Of a stretch of 64,000 nt of DNA, positions 33,773 to 48,364 are shown piece after piece. Position 1 is the stretch's first letter, and each line of letters begins with the position of its first letter. A program made the position numbers and the translations under genes. Source of the stretch: Eledone cirrhosa (lineage: Eukaryota); assembly GCA_964016885.1 (NCBI GenBank), contig OZ024740.1:152396001-152460000 (forward strand), read 5' to 3'. Below the pieces are notes generated by a model. That model saw nothing but the letters and a program-made list of their open reading frames with translations. It had not been told where the DNA came from and did no database searches.

Positions 33773-35858
33773 ATATTATTCAAAATATTAACAAATGAAA
33801 GATATTCACATAATCAAAATATATGCTTTATTATATATATTTTAAAGGTACTGTGTTGTTTTTTTTTCAGTACGTCTTCATGAGATAAAATATATGATTT
33901 GATATATGACATACTGCTACGGTCTTAATTATACAATTCCAGTATTGGCAGTGATTTATTTCATCAAATCTCAATGTTTATATACCACAAATAATATGAT
34001 AATCTTAAAGAAGAAAAGGACATAGAGAAAATTAGAGATATGAGAGAGGGTGTAAATAGGAGGAAAGACAAGAAAAAATAAATAAATACAAATATAAATA
34101 CATACATAAATAGATAAAAGAATGAATGAGTAAAAGAAATATATAAAAAAGAAAAGAGGAATAACGACATAAGATGGAAAGTGTAAGCAAAGTAAAACAG
34201 AGGGGGGGGGGTAAAGAAAAATAAAGAAACATAAAGGAAACATCAAATAAAAGGGGATACAGAAAAAACCGTTGTTTTCAAATGCAAGATCAAATAGGAC
34301 ATCCAATTAATTGAACTAAACAATTGAATATCTGTAGTATTTGATTATGCAATAGCTAATTATACTTATATGTTATATCCAAATTAATCAGTATAGATTA
34401 TTTTCTATAGCAATCACATACATCGTTTAATTAAAAATTTATATAATTTAATTTAACTCATTATAAATTATTATTTTTAATTTTAAGGTAAGATATTCTA
34501 TAAATATTTTGTTACAACTTTAAAAATATTAATTTTTAAAGCGTATTTAAATAATTATTACATATGTATTAAAATCTAATACCATACATAAATCAGCATC
34601 AATACATATAATATTTTTAGATCCTATATTACTCAGATTATTTAATTATGATATTCTCCTTATAAAATCTTCACAATTCTTTAATTTTCATTTAATTTCT
34701 AGGATTAAACTGCAGTTACATTTACTCTCAAAAGTTTAATTTCATTAATTTAATGAAAGGTTATATTTACTTCTGTATTTACTTATTTTGATATATAGTT
34801 TCATATTAATGATAGTCTGTATATTATTAGTCTACATATTTCAAAACTTATATAATTCAGCAAGCTAGTCAAAAAGAAAGGATATTTTTACGGACAATGT
34901 AAACAAAAGGAAGATAACTCATTCACCATATACAAACATTTATAACATATCTCTGTTCACACATTCCGCGATATTTTGAAAACCATAAATCATTTATTGC
35001 AAATATCATAAAATATGTCTAGTTAAATATTGAACTATCCTAATCAAAACATAGGATAACGAGACTCTTAATAATTCTAATACATATAAATATAAATAAA
35101 TTATTACCACATTAAGGCAAAAGCATATATATATCAAATTATTATTTGTCACTATGTTTTCGAAACTTGTACAATGCTTGGAAAGTTTTACCAATTTTAT
35201 GGTGACAACTACTGAATAATTCGTTTTTTTTTTGTTGTTGATTAAATTGTCATAATTTGTAATTATCTGTAGAGTCTCGAAGTTACAAAGATTACAATTT
35301 TGCGAAATAGTTGCGTTCTGATAGGAATTGGTTCTCTTTAACTTGGTCCAAAAGATGGAGTATTTAGTATTATTGTCCTTTAAAGACCATATTAATTGTG
35401 AAATTGAAGTTGAAAAATTCTTATCTGGTTTAATAAAAAAAACTGTCTATGATTATACCAACGTTCCTTAAATTTAGATGAAGTGGCACCAATATAGTTA
35501 TATATATATTATTATTTGTGTTATTGGTACATTTATATACTATATTCTTGTCAAGGCAATTATTTTGAGACTTGATGAAATAAATCACTGCCAATACTGG
35601 AATTGTATAATCAAGACCGTAGCGGTATGTCATATATCAAATCATATATTTTATCTGATGAAGACGTACTTAAAAAAAACAACACAGTACCTTTGAAATA
35701 TATATAATAAAGTATATATTTTGATTATGTGAATATCTTTCATTTGATAATATTTTGAATAATATTAAAAACTCCAGGAAAACTTTTTTGTTGAGTGCTT
35801 TGAATCTATTGTAAAATTGTATTCATTGAGTAATCAACGAACCATATTAATCTTTAGT
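33773..35858 (-). mobile_element. Decayed 5'-truncated Penelope-like element with inverted pLTRs
   Basis: IR ~33773-33974 / 35565-35765. EN remnant NNCLDKNIVYKC..YIGATSSKFKERWYNH at ~35400-35565 (minus). Tail 35766-35858. Confidence 0.8.
35650..35711 (+). ncRNA. Type I hammerhead ribozyme
   Basis: tttat-CTGATGA-agacgtact..agtaccttt-GAAA-tatata-TA-ataaa. Confidence 0.75.
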
Positions 35859-35877
35859 TATATATATATATATATAT

Positions 35878-36113
35878 ATTGATAAAAGGAAATAAAATGC
35901 TGACAAATTGTTCCCAGTGAAAAATAGTTTAATTAGGAATAAGTAAAAATTAGTAATAAGTATTGGTTAGTATTCAGTTTTAGTTTTAAGTTTTTACCGG
36001 TTGCACATTTCTAATGCTTTTTAAAAATAATTTTGAGATAGAGCGCCCGTGATGTTTAAACTATTTTTCACTGGGAACAATTTGTCAGCATTTTCTTTTC
36101 CTTTTACCAATAT
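35878..36113. repeat. Dispersed repeat with ~55-bp terminal inversion
   Basis: 35878-36057 is the reverse complement of ~15555-15735; 36057-36113 inverts its terminus. Confidence 0.8.
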
Positions 36114-36145
36114 ATCACAACTCGTGTGTTACACCTCTATTCTTT

Positions 36146-36202
<57 letters not shown>

Positions 36203-36209
<7 letters not shown>

Positions 36210-36696
36210 TTGTAGATCCTGTCTGTTTGTTTGTTTGTTTGTTCACGAACTCCTCCTATGGTTTTGGAGATAGAACCAGATAATCATATATATTCTAAAA
36301 CTACATTGCCCAGGGTACTTGGATAAGTATATTTCATTTTAATCAAAGGGTTCCCCGGGGCACAAATCCCAGCTGAAAAAATTTTCCCTTCGATTGATAT
36401 GAAATTTAAACCATAGGTAAATGACAAGATATGTTGCCTATTCACAAAAGTTTTGAATTGATATTTTGAAAAAAATTATTTACAAAACAAAATAAGAATA
36501 AGATTTAATAATGTAATTTTGATTTGATATATTACAAAAAAAATGTTTTCTAATTTTTCATGCATTACATTTTACATTAAGTAATATTGAAATGCAGAGT
36601 ATTTCTCCATAAATTATATCACTGATTTAAAATCAATCATCATTTTCTTACAAAAAAAATGTGTGAAACGCAGCAAGGCGCGGGTAATTCGGCTAG
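36203..36696 (+). mobile_element. Non-autonomous Helitron-like element
   Basis: 5' (GTTT/GTCT)n tract; 3' hairpin cgcagcaaggcgcg followed by CTAG and T. Confidence 0.6.
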
Positions 36697-38057
36697 TATA
36701 TTATATATATATATATACATGTGTGTGTGTAGTGGGGAAAATGATTATTGTTGGTTGTTACCAACTGTATTCACAGATTGTAACGAGTGTGTGTTTGTTG
36801 TGTTATTGAATGAATTGGTCCATGGTTCATTGTAGTAGTAAAAGTTGGCTTGGTGGGTAAATGTGTAAGATGATCTGTCCCGTATAATGTTCAGAGAATA
36901 AGCGATAAACAAGATTCGTTACTTTAATAATTTATTAAATAATAATTTGCTGCGAAGTTATTATAACAATATTGAAGGAACTAAGATATTCATAGTAAAA
37001 TTGTATAAGTGTCTCAGTGAATGTTTGAAGTAAATGCGTTAAAATGTGTATATAACTAACTTTTGCTGATAGAGCTCGCTAGCCTTAAAAGCCGAGACTG
37101 CAATGGGTAAATCTATGGGCAACTACATCGTTCTGATGTCTTTCGTGAACTGCCTTGGACAGCTAAATAGACACTATCTTAAGAGTATGCCGTTATTCTC
37201 TGACAATCTATCGTTGGCCTCAAGAAAACTATTCATCTAGACAATTTGGTGACACTAGTCACAAAGAAATAAATATCTATGAGACCGAAGATCAGCGTAT
37301 GTGGTGGAAATGACCATTTTAGCTAACTTGGGAAAAAAAGTTCAAATCGGTCTGATTGCATTCGCTATATGTGACACACATACATGTATTAGTGAATATA
37401 CAAGTGTACATACGTGTATACAAAGAGAATACGAGTGTACATACGTGCATACAAAGAGAATACGAGTGTACATACGTGCATACAAAGAGAACAAGCAGCA
37501 ACACGCAAATCAAATAACGTACCGTGGATGTAGAAAACTCATAATAACAGGTATACATGACATACATACGAATCATGCCTCGGTTATATCACACTTGGAT
37601 AGAGGTACAAATTGTTGCAAATTCACCGATTAAAATGAACAGTGTTCCAGTTGTTTTAGCATCAACCTTCTCGAGATATTAACGTGCAATTGGCTATGAA
37701 TTCCACATACACGTACACTTAAATAGATATTTAAGGAGTTTCAGTGTGACAAAGCTGGTCATTTGAAATACAGGTGTAGCACGTTGTTTCAAGCTGAGTG
37801 GACGGGAACAACAAGAAATAAGTTGGCGTCCTCTTGAAGATAACGTACTTCCATGATTGTGAGCCGAACACCTTAAAGACCGAGGAACGCACCATTATAT
37901 AATCCAGTTACAAAAACACACAATATCATATCGACCCAAGTATTTGAGTGATACTTTGATTTATCGAATTTGGAAGGATGAAAGACAAATTTGACCTCAG
38001 AATATCCGGGATAAATACCACAGTGCATTTCGTCTGACGCTTTAATAATAGTAATAA

Positions 38058-38662
38058 TATTTCTACTTTTGGCACAAGACCAGCAATTACCGCAGTGTAT
38101 TACTGGTGCTTTATTTTATCGACCCCGTAAAGCAAAGCTAACCTCGGTGGGATTTGAACTCTGAGTGTAAAGGGCCATAACTCTATGCCGCAAAGCATGG
38201 TGTCTGCTCTACCGATACTGCCAAACTACCGCCCATTATAAATGTTTCTATTTTTGGCACAAGGCCAGCAATTATCCCAGTACATTACTGGTACTTTATT
38301 TTATCGACCCCGTAAGGATGAAAGGCAAAGTTAACCACGGTGGGATTTGAACTCAGACCATAAAAGGTCGAAACTCTTTGCGGCAAAGCATGGCGTCCGA
38401 CCCTCTACCGATACTGCCAATCCACCACCGCCCATAATAATAATGGTTTCTTATATAGGCACAAGGCCAGCAATTTGAGAGGAGGGGAAAGTCGATTAAA
38501 TCGACCCCAGTGCGTGACTGATACTTTATTTTATTGATCCCGTATGGATGAAAGGCAAAGTTAACCTCGGCGGGATTTGAAGTCAAATCATAATGGACCG
38601 TAACTCTATGCTGCAAAGCATGGCGTCCGACCCTCTACCAATACTGCCAATCCACCACCCAT
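38058..38662 (-). mobile_element. Three head-to-tail tRNA-SINE copies
   Basis: Units at ~38058-38235, 38240-38435 and 38440-38662, each with B-box and central domain. Confidence 0.88.
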
Positions 38663-39111
38663 AATAATGATTTCTACTATACCATAATAATAATAACAAT
38701 ATTAATCCCAATATAATTACTGAAGAAATAATAGTGGAAGTAAAAGAATGAAGATGGCAATTGAAGAAAATATGGTGGATAAATTACAGGAAGAGGTGGG
38801 AAGATGTGATGGATCATTTAACTATGGGTGCAATTTCGTAATCGTATCAGAGCAAATGAAAAATAAAAGCAATTGGATTGTAATATAATATTTTCCATGG
38901 AAACTGTTTTGGTGAATTAATTTCGAAACTAAATGATAAATTCTTAATGCCGTTTAATGAGTGGCTGAATTCACACAGTGTCGTGTTGATTCAATTGATT
39001 GACCAACCCGATATTACATTCAACCATAAAGATGAGCTTTTTCATTACAGTTGAAAGTATTTATTTCATTTTTATTGTTCATTAAGGTATTTATGCCGGT
39101 TTGCTTCTTTC

Positions 39112-39459
<348 letters not shown>

Positions 39460-39904
39460 GTTTGTGCGTGTGTGTGTGTGTGTGTACTTTCCATACATCA
39501 TCTTACTTCTATGTATATACGTACGTCATCTATTTTTTACATACACCATCATCATTATAGACACAAATCTATGGGATATAAAATGCAGGTATTTATCTGA
39601 GTTTCATAAGAATTAATTTTCATTTCCACCTCCTCCTCCCCATGACGATTTTACAATTATCTGAAAGATCTGGCCATTATCCAGCCTGTAAATTTCTCTC
39701 AACAAATTTACTAAACGATTTCTGTTATTTGTATTTCTTTTTTAATCCCTTTATCGCATTCAACTTCGAGGTTTATCGGGTATTAAATGGACTAGCAGAA
39801 AAACCGGCCTTTCGGGTGGTTTTCTGCTGGAATATGTAGTGTGCATATTGGTATTATACGCAAATATATATGCATATAGATATATGTAAATTGAAAAGTA
39901 AATT

Positions 39905-40085
39905 GACAATATCTTCTTCTTCACCCATTTATGTCTGAGAGGGCCATGGGGGCAGAGTCCTTCTCAAACACTCCTTCCAGCGAGTCTGTCAGTAGCAAAC
40001 ATCTCTAACTGATCCAGCTGGATCCCAAAGTATGACTAACCAAGCTCATGAATGTTATCCAACTTTCTTGCTCAGCACCCGCAGC
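39905..40085 (-). mobile_element. Possible RTE LINE 3' end
   Basis: Minus strand ends ..WKECLRRTLPPW-like followed by a (GAA)3 tail. Confidence 0.4.
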
Positions 40086-41097
40086 TGAACGGAACAAAAT
40101 CCTAAAATACCGTGTTCAGTTAGCTAACTACATTATCCAGTCTATGGGGTCTAAGATGTGTGTATTACGTGCTTGTGCATTTTTTCTCTTTCATTTTTTC
40201 CTTTCCCTTTCCTTTGTATATATTATATTTGTTAGTGTTTTCGGTCTGTAACCATTATATTAAATGAGTTTTTAAAAAAAGAGTTAATAAATAAACCAAG
40301 AGTTAATAAATAAATAAAACGTTATACTTGTTTTATCCTCCCATTTCCAATTAACCGAACTGTATGACTGTATGTGTGTGTTTGTGTAAATGTATATATG
40401 TGAATGTATGTATGTGTTTGTGTGAAAGTATATGTGTGAAAGTATGTGTATTTGTGTGAATGTATGTCCGTGTATTTTTATAAGTTTGTGTTTGCATGAT
40501 TATAGTTATATACTCATAATAGTTATATACACATACATACAGACGTATGTATGTGCACATACACATAGATACACGTCAGCGTGTAGAAAATCATAATCAC
40601 TCTATCTGTATCTCTCTCCTCACACACTCTCTCTTTCTATATATATGGTAGTTGAAGTGGTGGTGGTGACGCCGATATACCGGAAGTGTAGAAATTTGAA
40701 ACTTTGAAAAGAAGTCAATTTTAAATAAACAATAAAATTATTTATATTAATATTTATATTGAATTTAATTTAGTACATAAATTATGTAATATTCATTCAT
40801 TATTTATTCAAAGTAAACCCTTGTGGTTAATAAAGAAATCATTATTTATTCAAAGTAATCCAAATTATTTTACTAACTGGATTAAAAGAAATAAACGGTA
40901 CGCATCCCGCACTCCTTACTTTATTATAGTTTAGATTTATTTGAACCTAATTTTTGAAAAGATACGTTTATTCTTTCGTCCCTAAATTATTTTCCACTGT
41001 ATTGATCTACATAGAAACATAAAATCTTCGTTTCATTAAAACAACATGCACGGCTATATATACATATTTATATGTGTGTGTTCGTGTGTGAATACAT

Positions 41098-41262
<165 letters not shown>

Positions 41263-41559
41263 GCTACCCGTTTGCAATCTGTCCAGCCCGGCCACTATCT
41301 TCTCACTCGATGAATTTACAAAATTCGTATGTGTAAATACATATTTGCATCTAAGAGTGGGCACTATACGCTTATTACTAGGTAAACTGTTTAGTGTGGG
41401 TACGATTAATAGACCCGAACTGTAAAGTTACCATGCCACGTCTTGTGCACAACAATTGCATTGTGTGTTACTCACAGACGCCACGCAATATTTTTAAATA
41501 ATATAAATATTATTTATCTAGGACTAACATAACATTTTATCAGCGAGAATTCTGTCCTA

Positions 41560-42190
41560 ATCCAAACGGGAGATTTTTATCCAAGAGACTCTTGTGACGC
41601 TATACTCCGCCAGTTGCAGACTGCGCATTAACATGTGATATCCAGCAGCAGAGTTCAAAGAGCAAAGATCAAGTCCAGTCCATAAATTGACATTGTCAAG
41701 TCATCGTTTTGGCTGCCGGCTTCTCTTACTAGCGAACCTTCCTTCCAGGCATAACCTACTCACACCACGAGTTGACCTTTTTATATGACCATATAGTTTG
41801 AGTACACTTGACTTGACAATTGATGTAATTGGTCTAAGTTTGGTAATGTTGAGCAGCTTACTGATATAGATACGGTCGCTGAACCGCTTGCTAGTCATAA
41901 GTCTCATGATGTGGTTCTGGAATGTAGAGAGCTTCTGAAGTGACCTTGTCGTCCAATTAACACAGTCAAGACCATATAACACAACTGGTAGGATGTAAGT
42001 ATCAAAGATCTTAGCCTTCATATGATAGGAAACTCGTTTTGATGTTAGTACTTCCGTGTTCTTGTTGAAAGCTGCCGAACCTAGAGCGATTCGATATTGT
42101 GCAGCAACCATTCTATTGTTATTTGATGATAGTTTGTGACCAAGATATACAAACTCTGTAACTTGAACAATTTGTTGGTTGTAGATTGTC
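41560..42190 (-). pseudogene. RTE-like LINE reverse transcriptase C-terminal fragment
   Basis: EFVYLG, RI..G..AF, ILPVVLYG.D, LKLYGHI.R motifs (ORF 41701-42111 and flanks). Confidence 0.8.
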
Positions 42191-42580
42191 CGAGAGACTA
42201 CCAGAGTCTAACTGATATATCACAGTGATACTGATAGCAGTTTCATACTGTAGCAGAACCACGTGATCTTCTAAAGAGGAGGACAGTCGAAATCAGCCGT
42301 TTCGAGGAAAAACACTTTTGGCGAAAAAATAACTGAATAAGTGCCGGACTTCTCAAGCTGGTTAGTTATGTGAATAACAAAGTCAGAGATGTATATATAT
42401 ATATATGTACACACACACACACACACACATACACACACATATATATATATATGTATATGTGTGTGTATAAATATACTTATGTATATAAATATATATATAT
42501 TAAAATTAAGTGAGAAAAAACTTTAATTATGGGAGTACAAACAAGATAGACAAAAAGTATTCTATCTAACCTCGCTTATA

Positions 42581-42740
42581 CAGTGAAATTCCGTTATAAC
42601 GAAATTCACGGGGGTATAAAAAAAGTCGTTGTAACGAGAAATTCTATATAACACATCGAGCGTGTGGCCGGGGATTGAAAAAATTTCTTTATAATGAAAA
42701 ATTCGTTAAAATGGTATTCGTTATAACAGAACTTTGCCTG
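42581..42740. mobile_element. Tigger/pogo-type (Tc1-mariner) MITE
   Basis: TIRs cagtgaaattccgttataacgaa / ttcgttataacagaactttgcctg, TA TSD, present in only one arm of the IR. Confidence 0.82.
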
Positions 42741-42850
42741 TATATAAATCTCTCTACCATGGTTTCCTATATATATTTCTAGTCACATTATAAGCCTGTC
42801 ACATAGTCCTATGTTAGGATTCAATTTCTCTTAGCTCTTGAATAATTAAA

Positions 42851-42932
42851 CTCCCCTGAAGAGTATGACGGATTCTTCAATTATTGGTGGCTCCAATAAG
42901 AATTCTTCCCCACACGAAACCATGCTAGGGAG
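42851..42932 (+). ncRNA. Type I hammerhead ribozyme
   Basis: ctccc-CTGAAGA-gtatg...cacac-GAAA-ccatgc-TA-gggag. The inverted arm preserves the palindrome ACCATGGT. Confidence 0.7.
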
Positions 42933-43752
42933 ATCTATATATAAGCGAGGTTAGATAGTATACATTTTTATCTATTTTGTTTGTACACCCATAAGTAGAG
43001 TATTTTCTCACTTAATTTTATTATATAACTATATGTATACAATAACACTAGTTTAATTCATAGAATAAATAGAACACCAGAAAAATTCACATCCTATTTA
43101 GTTAAGCGTGTTTACATCCTCAGTTCAATTAATGTCGGTGGAAAATTTGATCGTTTAAATGGATTGTAATCCCCCAGTTGTGAAGATGAGTGGCTTGGTA
43201 GTTAAACTGATGAATCTAGTTTTTCAACAACTCTTGCTCTGACTACTCCAAGAAAATTGCTAAGCGTGCATTCACGACCACGCAGTATACGCGCACTTCA
43301 TAAATTGTGACAGAGCATAACACCATACAAAGCTTTCCATACCAACTACATATTTCCAAATCACTGCTACTGAGCAAATTTATATAGTGCTTTATTAGTC
43401 AGAGGAAATTATAATATATTTAATTTTATTATACAAATTAGTATAAAACTGTGGCCCTAACAGAACTACATAATTCATGAAAATCTGAGGCATTGAGAAT
43501 ATATTATAATCCTGATACACATTTATGTATATATGACTACAGATTACTCTACCATATTGATCTTTTATAGGCATATTGACAGTGAAAAATCAATCCAAAA
43601 TTTTATAAATCAATTAGTTTATCTTTATTTTAGGATAATGTTTCAATTTTATGACTTAAAGTCACTCTCTCTTTCCCACGTTATCACTCTTTCATTTTAT
43701 GTATACGTACATATTTACCGCCCCCAACATACACACACACACACACAAACAA

Positions 43753-43819
<67 letters not shown>

Positions 43820-43821
<2 letters not shown>

Positions 43822-44485
43822 AGTTAAGGATAATATTGCTAAAAAAATTTTTTATTTCCTTGAGAAAAACTTCCCGCCAAACCACAAATACCATCAAATC
43901 TTAAATAGGTCTACAGTTAAATTCTCATACTCTACAACAAATAACATAAAACAAAATATAAGTGCATATAATGCATATAAATGTAAGAAAACCATAAGTA
44001 TACCACCAGTACATCAAATTAACCATAATATCTCCTCAAATACAGAATTAACGAAAGGATGTAACTGTAGAAACAAAGCAAACTGCCCATTAAAAGGGAA
44101 TTGTCTTGTTAACAACATAGTCTATAAATGTAATGTTAAAACTAAAGATTCTATTTGCTCATATATAGGAGCTACCTCTAACAATTTTAAGACAAGGTTT
44201 AATACCCACAAGCATAGTTTTAAAAATGCCGCACTGGCTAATACAACATCTCTAGCAGAAAAAATCAATAGTTATAAAAATAAGAATATAAAATATGATT
44301 TGACCTGGAGTGTGCTCAAAAGAGCCACCCCTTATCAAAATAATAGAAAGGAATGTAGATTATGTTCCCAAGAACTATTTGAAATAATGAAGTCTAAGGA
44401 TATCTTATTAAATAAACGACAGGAATTAATTATATCGTGTAATCATAAACTAAAAAAAACATTTAAATATTATAAACCTAATTAA
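43820..44485 (+). pseudogene. Penelope-like thumb/linker + GIY-YIG fragment
   Basis: NFPPNHKYH..VKFSYSTT, CNCRNKANCPLKGNCL, IVYKC..YIGATSNNFKTRFNTH, CRLC..CNH. Confidence 0.9.
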
Positions 44486-45018
44486 TAACATTATTCTAGA
44501 AATTAATTTAATTTAAATGTTAGTTAACCTATAAATTTAATTTAATTAATATTTTATTACAGATGAGAATATAAAATATTATGTAATCATAAATTGTGAA
44601 AAACCTTTAAAAATTACTAATATATACTTAGTAATTTAATTTATAGATTAATTTTAATTTATTTAAACCTTTTATTATAACTCTTTTACAGATAAAATAT
44701 AACAAAATAATATCGTGTATCCATTGACAGAGAAATAATTTTTAGTATTATAGACCTAATTAATATACATTTTGGAAATATATTTATTATTTGGTTTTAG
44801 TTTTAATCAACCTAAAAATTTTAACTTTAATTTGCTTAAAATTAGTATCCTTATACAGACGAATTGCAGAATGTCATGTAATCATAGAATGGGATGTGTT
44901 TTGGATATATACCTAGTTAATATATTCTGTGCAATTTTTTGAAAAAGATATGTATATGTATATGTGTATGTGTATGTGTGTGTGTGTATGTGTATCTGTA
45001 TGTATGTATATATGTGTA

Positions 45019-45057
<39 letters not shown>

Positions 45058-46188
45058 ATATGTATGTATATGTGTATGTGTATGTATATGTATATGTATG
45101 CGTATTAATTTTGATTTCTATTTGCATATAATTATATTATGCTATTGATGAAATACAATATCTGCTTTATGTATTGTATACCTAATTAACATATACTAAT
45201 TAACATATACTATTGAAATAATTATATAATTTTTAATTTAGTTAACATATAATTTATATGCTACTACCGATGTAATACTTTATTTTATTTTTATTTGGGT
45301 TTCTTTTCCCTATTACTAAATTCATTTCCTAATATTGATACCATAATGTTATTAACTTTAATTTAGTTATACTGTAATTAATAATCTACTACTGTTTGAC
45401 TTCAAAATTCTGCTTCAAATATTATAAACCTAACTAATTTACACCTTAGAAATCAATATGTTGACTATCTTTGGTTTAGTTAACATATGATTAATGGTAT
45501 ACTTATTTATTTTGAGATGCATAGATTTTGCCTTAGTTCTTGTTTGTCGTATTTCCTAGCACTGAAAATATGTAAGAACATACATTGAATAAAGATACGG
45601 AAAATATTATATGTTTCTTGAAACATATATTTACTTTGATCCCCTTCTCCAAACCCCCCCTTTCCCCCATACTATTATCATCTGTATTTGTAAGCGTCTA
45701 TGTATGAATATATATGTAGGTAGGTGTCTATATAGGTTTGGGTATTTATATCTAAATATAAAAATACATATATGCGCATGCAAATATGAATGTAAGATTG
45801 CGTGTGTATATATGAGTGTACATATGTATGTATATATATGTATATATATGCATTATATATGTATGTGTATGTGAATGTGTTGTATGTATATGTGTATGTA
45901 TGTGTATATATGTGTATGTATGTGTATGCTTGTATATATAGGAATATATATATGTGTATATATATATGTATATGTATATGCGTGTGTATGTATGTATGTG
46001 TATGTGTGTTGTATATATATGTATGTCTCTCTATTTATATGTTTATCTTCGTATCTATGTGATATATGTGTGTGTGTGTGCACGTATGCATATGTATGTG
46101 TTTGTGTGTGTTTGTATGTGTGTGTGTATATATGTGTATGTGCGTACACACACATACAAGTATATATATGTGAGTGTGTATATGTGTC

Positions 46189-46225
<37 letters not shown>

Positions 46226-46351
46226 GTGTGTATATATATATATAGATATATATATATATATATAGGTGTCTATGTGTGAATATATGTCTTTATTCGTATG
46301 TGTGTATTTATGTATGTATATGTTTATGTGTATGTATGTATGTGTATGTAT

Positions 46352-46383
<32 letters not shown>

Positions 46384-46530
46384 GTATATATATATATGTA
46401 TATTATTCTTTATTATTATAATATAACTTATGTGTATATGTGTATAAGTGAGGTTGTGTTTGTGTATATAATATGTGTATATATAAGTGTAAAAAAATAT
46501 ATATATATATATGTGCATGTCTGTTTTTTA

Positions 46531-46566
<36 letters not shown>

Positions 46567-46648
46567 CGTGTGTATATATATATATATATATATATGTGGG
46601 TGTTTGTATGTGTATTTATGGTGGTATGAGTGTGTGGATATATATGTT

Positions 46649-46680
<32 letters not shown>

Positions 46681-46686
46681 AATGTA

Positions 46687-46719
<33 letters not shown>

Positions 46720-47043
46720 GTGTATGTGTATATATATGTGTATATGTGTATATGTGTATGTATGTGTGTATATATATATATCTCTATTAATGCGTGTGTG
46801 TATGTATATACATATGCCTTTTTTTTATTATTATTTTTATTTGTATGTCTGAGTTAGGTGAGGTTGTAGTGTTTTTTATGTATATACGCATATATGGAAG
46901 CGTATGTATTTATATATATGAGTATAAGTAGGTGCATATGTATGTATGATTATATATCTAATTCTATGTATGAATGTACATCTATATATATATATGTGTG
47001 TATGTAAGTTGTGTGTGTATGTATCTATATGTCTATGTGTGTG

Positions 47044-47076
<33 letters not shown>

Positions 47077-47165
47077 GTATATCGATGTGCGTATATGTAT
47101 GTACATGTATGTACATGTATGTGTGTATGTATGTGTATGTATATTTAGATGTATGTGTATGTATA

Positions 47166-47206
<41 letters not shown>

Positions 47207-48024
47207 ATATATATATGGATATATATCTTTATTATTTATTTTTTATATATATGTGTATGTGTGTATGTGTTGCGTGTGTGTGTGTGTGTATATATATATC
47301 TTTATATATGTGTATGTGTATGTTCGTGTAAGTGTATGTGTGTGTATGACTGTATATGTATGTGTGTATGTGTGTATGCGTAAATATTTCTATGTGCGCG
47401 TACATGTATGTATGTGTATATATCTGTATGTGTATGTATATTATATTATATTTATTATATTTTATTGTTTTATTTTTTTATTTTTCTTAATTTATAGATA
47501 CATTTATATTAGGCAGTCTGCTCAGACAATTGAAGACTGACCCTTTCCCCCCCCCTCCCACCTAATTTCTGTATCTTGATCTTGAAATGTGTGTGCCAGT
47601 GTTTTATGTGAGTGATTTAATATCCATGTGCTTATGATTTTATATCCACATATATAAATGTGAGTGGGGGTGTGTGTGTGTTTGTATGTTCGTGGTTATG
47701 TGTATATTTATGCATATACGCGCGTGTATGTGTGATTGTACTGATATGTGTGAGTATGAAAAAATATATTTATATGCTTGACTCCATAAGTATCAATGCG
47801 CATCTTATCAGCGCATTTTAAGCTTACAGAGATATTAACCTTGAAATTTTGTGTTTGCATCCATCTTTTTAGTATGCGTATACAAGTTATACATACATTT
47901 TTGTAAAATATGTGTAAGGATTTTACATGTATATACACACACCGAACTGCTTTTAACCTTTTGTGTTTTCATTGGTCAATTTTGAACTGAAATTTTGAAT
48001 TGTTGTTATTATCAATAAATATAC

Positions 48025-48179
48025 TTCATTATTTCTGAAGACGGCGTATATATGTGTTAGGTATGTATATTTAATCTTGATAATTTGTATAATTTTGTAT
48101 AATTTTGTACATAGATCTGTTGAATATGCATACCAATTATAACACATATATACCCTAGAAACGATCGTTAAATAATGAA
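48025..48179 (+). ncRNA. Type I hammerhead ribozyme with ~115-nt stem II
   Basis: ttcattattt-CTGAAGA-cggcgtatatatgtgtta...taacacatatataccct-a-GAAA-cgatcg-TT-aaataatgaa; 10-bp perfect stem I, palindrome ACGATCGT. Confidence 0.8.
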
Positions 48180-48364
48180 CTTTTTTTGTTTAATATAAGG
48201 AATTGTTTATTCATTATTTGTTTAATATTTTATCTTGACTCTGTATACCGTTTATCTTTCACCGAAAGTGGTTTTTCATTACATCTCTTCTTTCCATGAT
48301 ATCCGGAATACATTGAGTTCTTCATACGGATTGGACACTACCGTAAACTCTTGGTAGATTTATC

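Larger units (their letters stand above)
42500..43022. mobile_element. Inverted pLTR remnant of a Penelope-like element
   Basis: 42500-42580 plus 42741-42766 is the inverse of ~42916-43022; contains an HHR. Confidence 0.7.

Noticed and set aside
40650-40936. Possible Helitron 5' end on the minus strand (atctaaactataataaag)
   Set aside because: No matching 3' hairpin/CTAG found; too weak to call.
43206-43230. Isolated CTGATGA
   Set aside because: No matching GAAA or stems.
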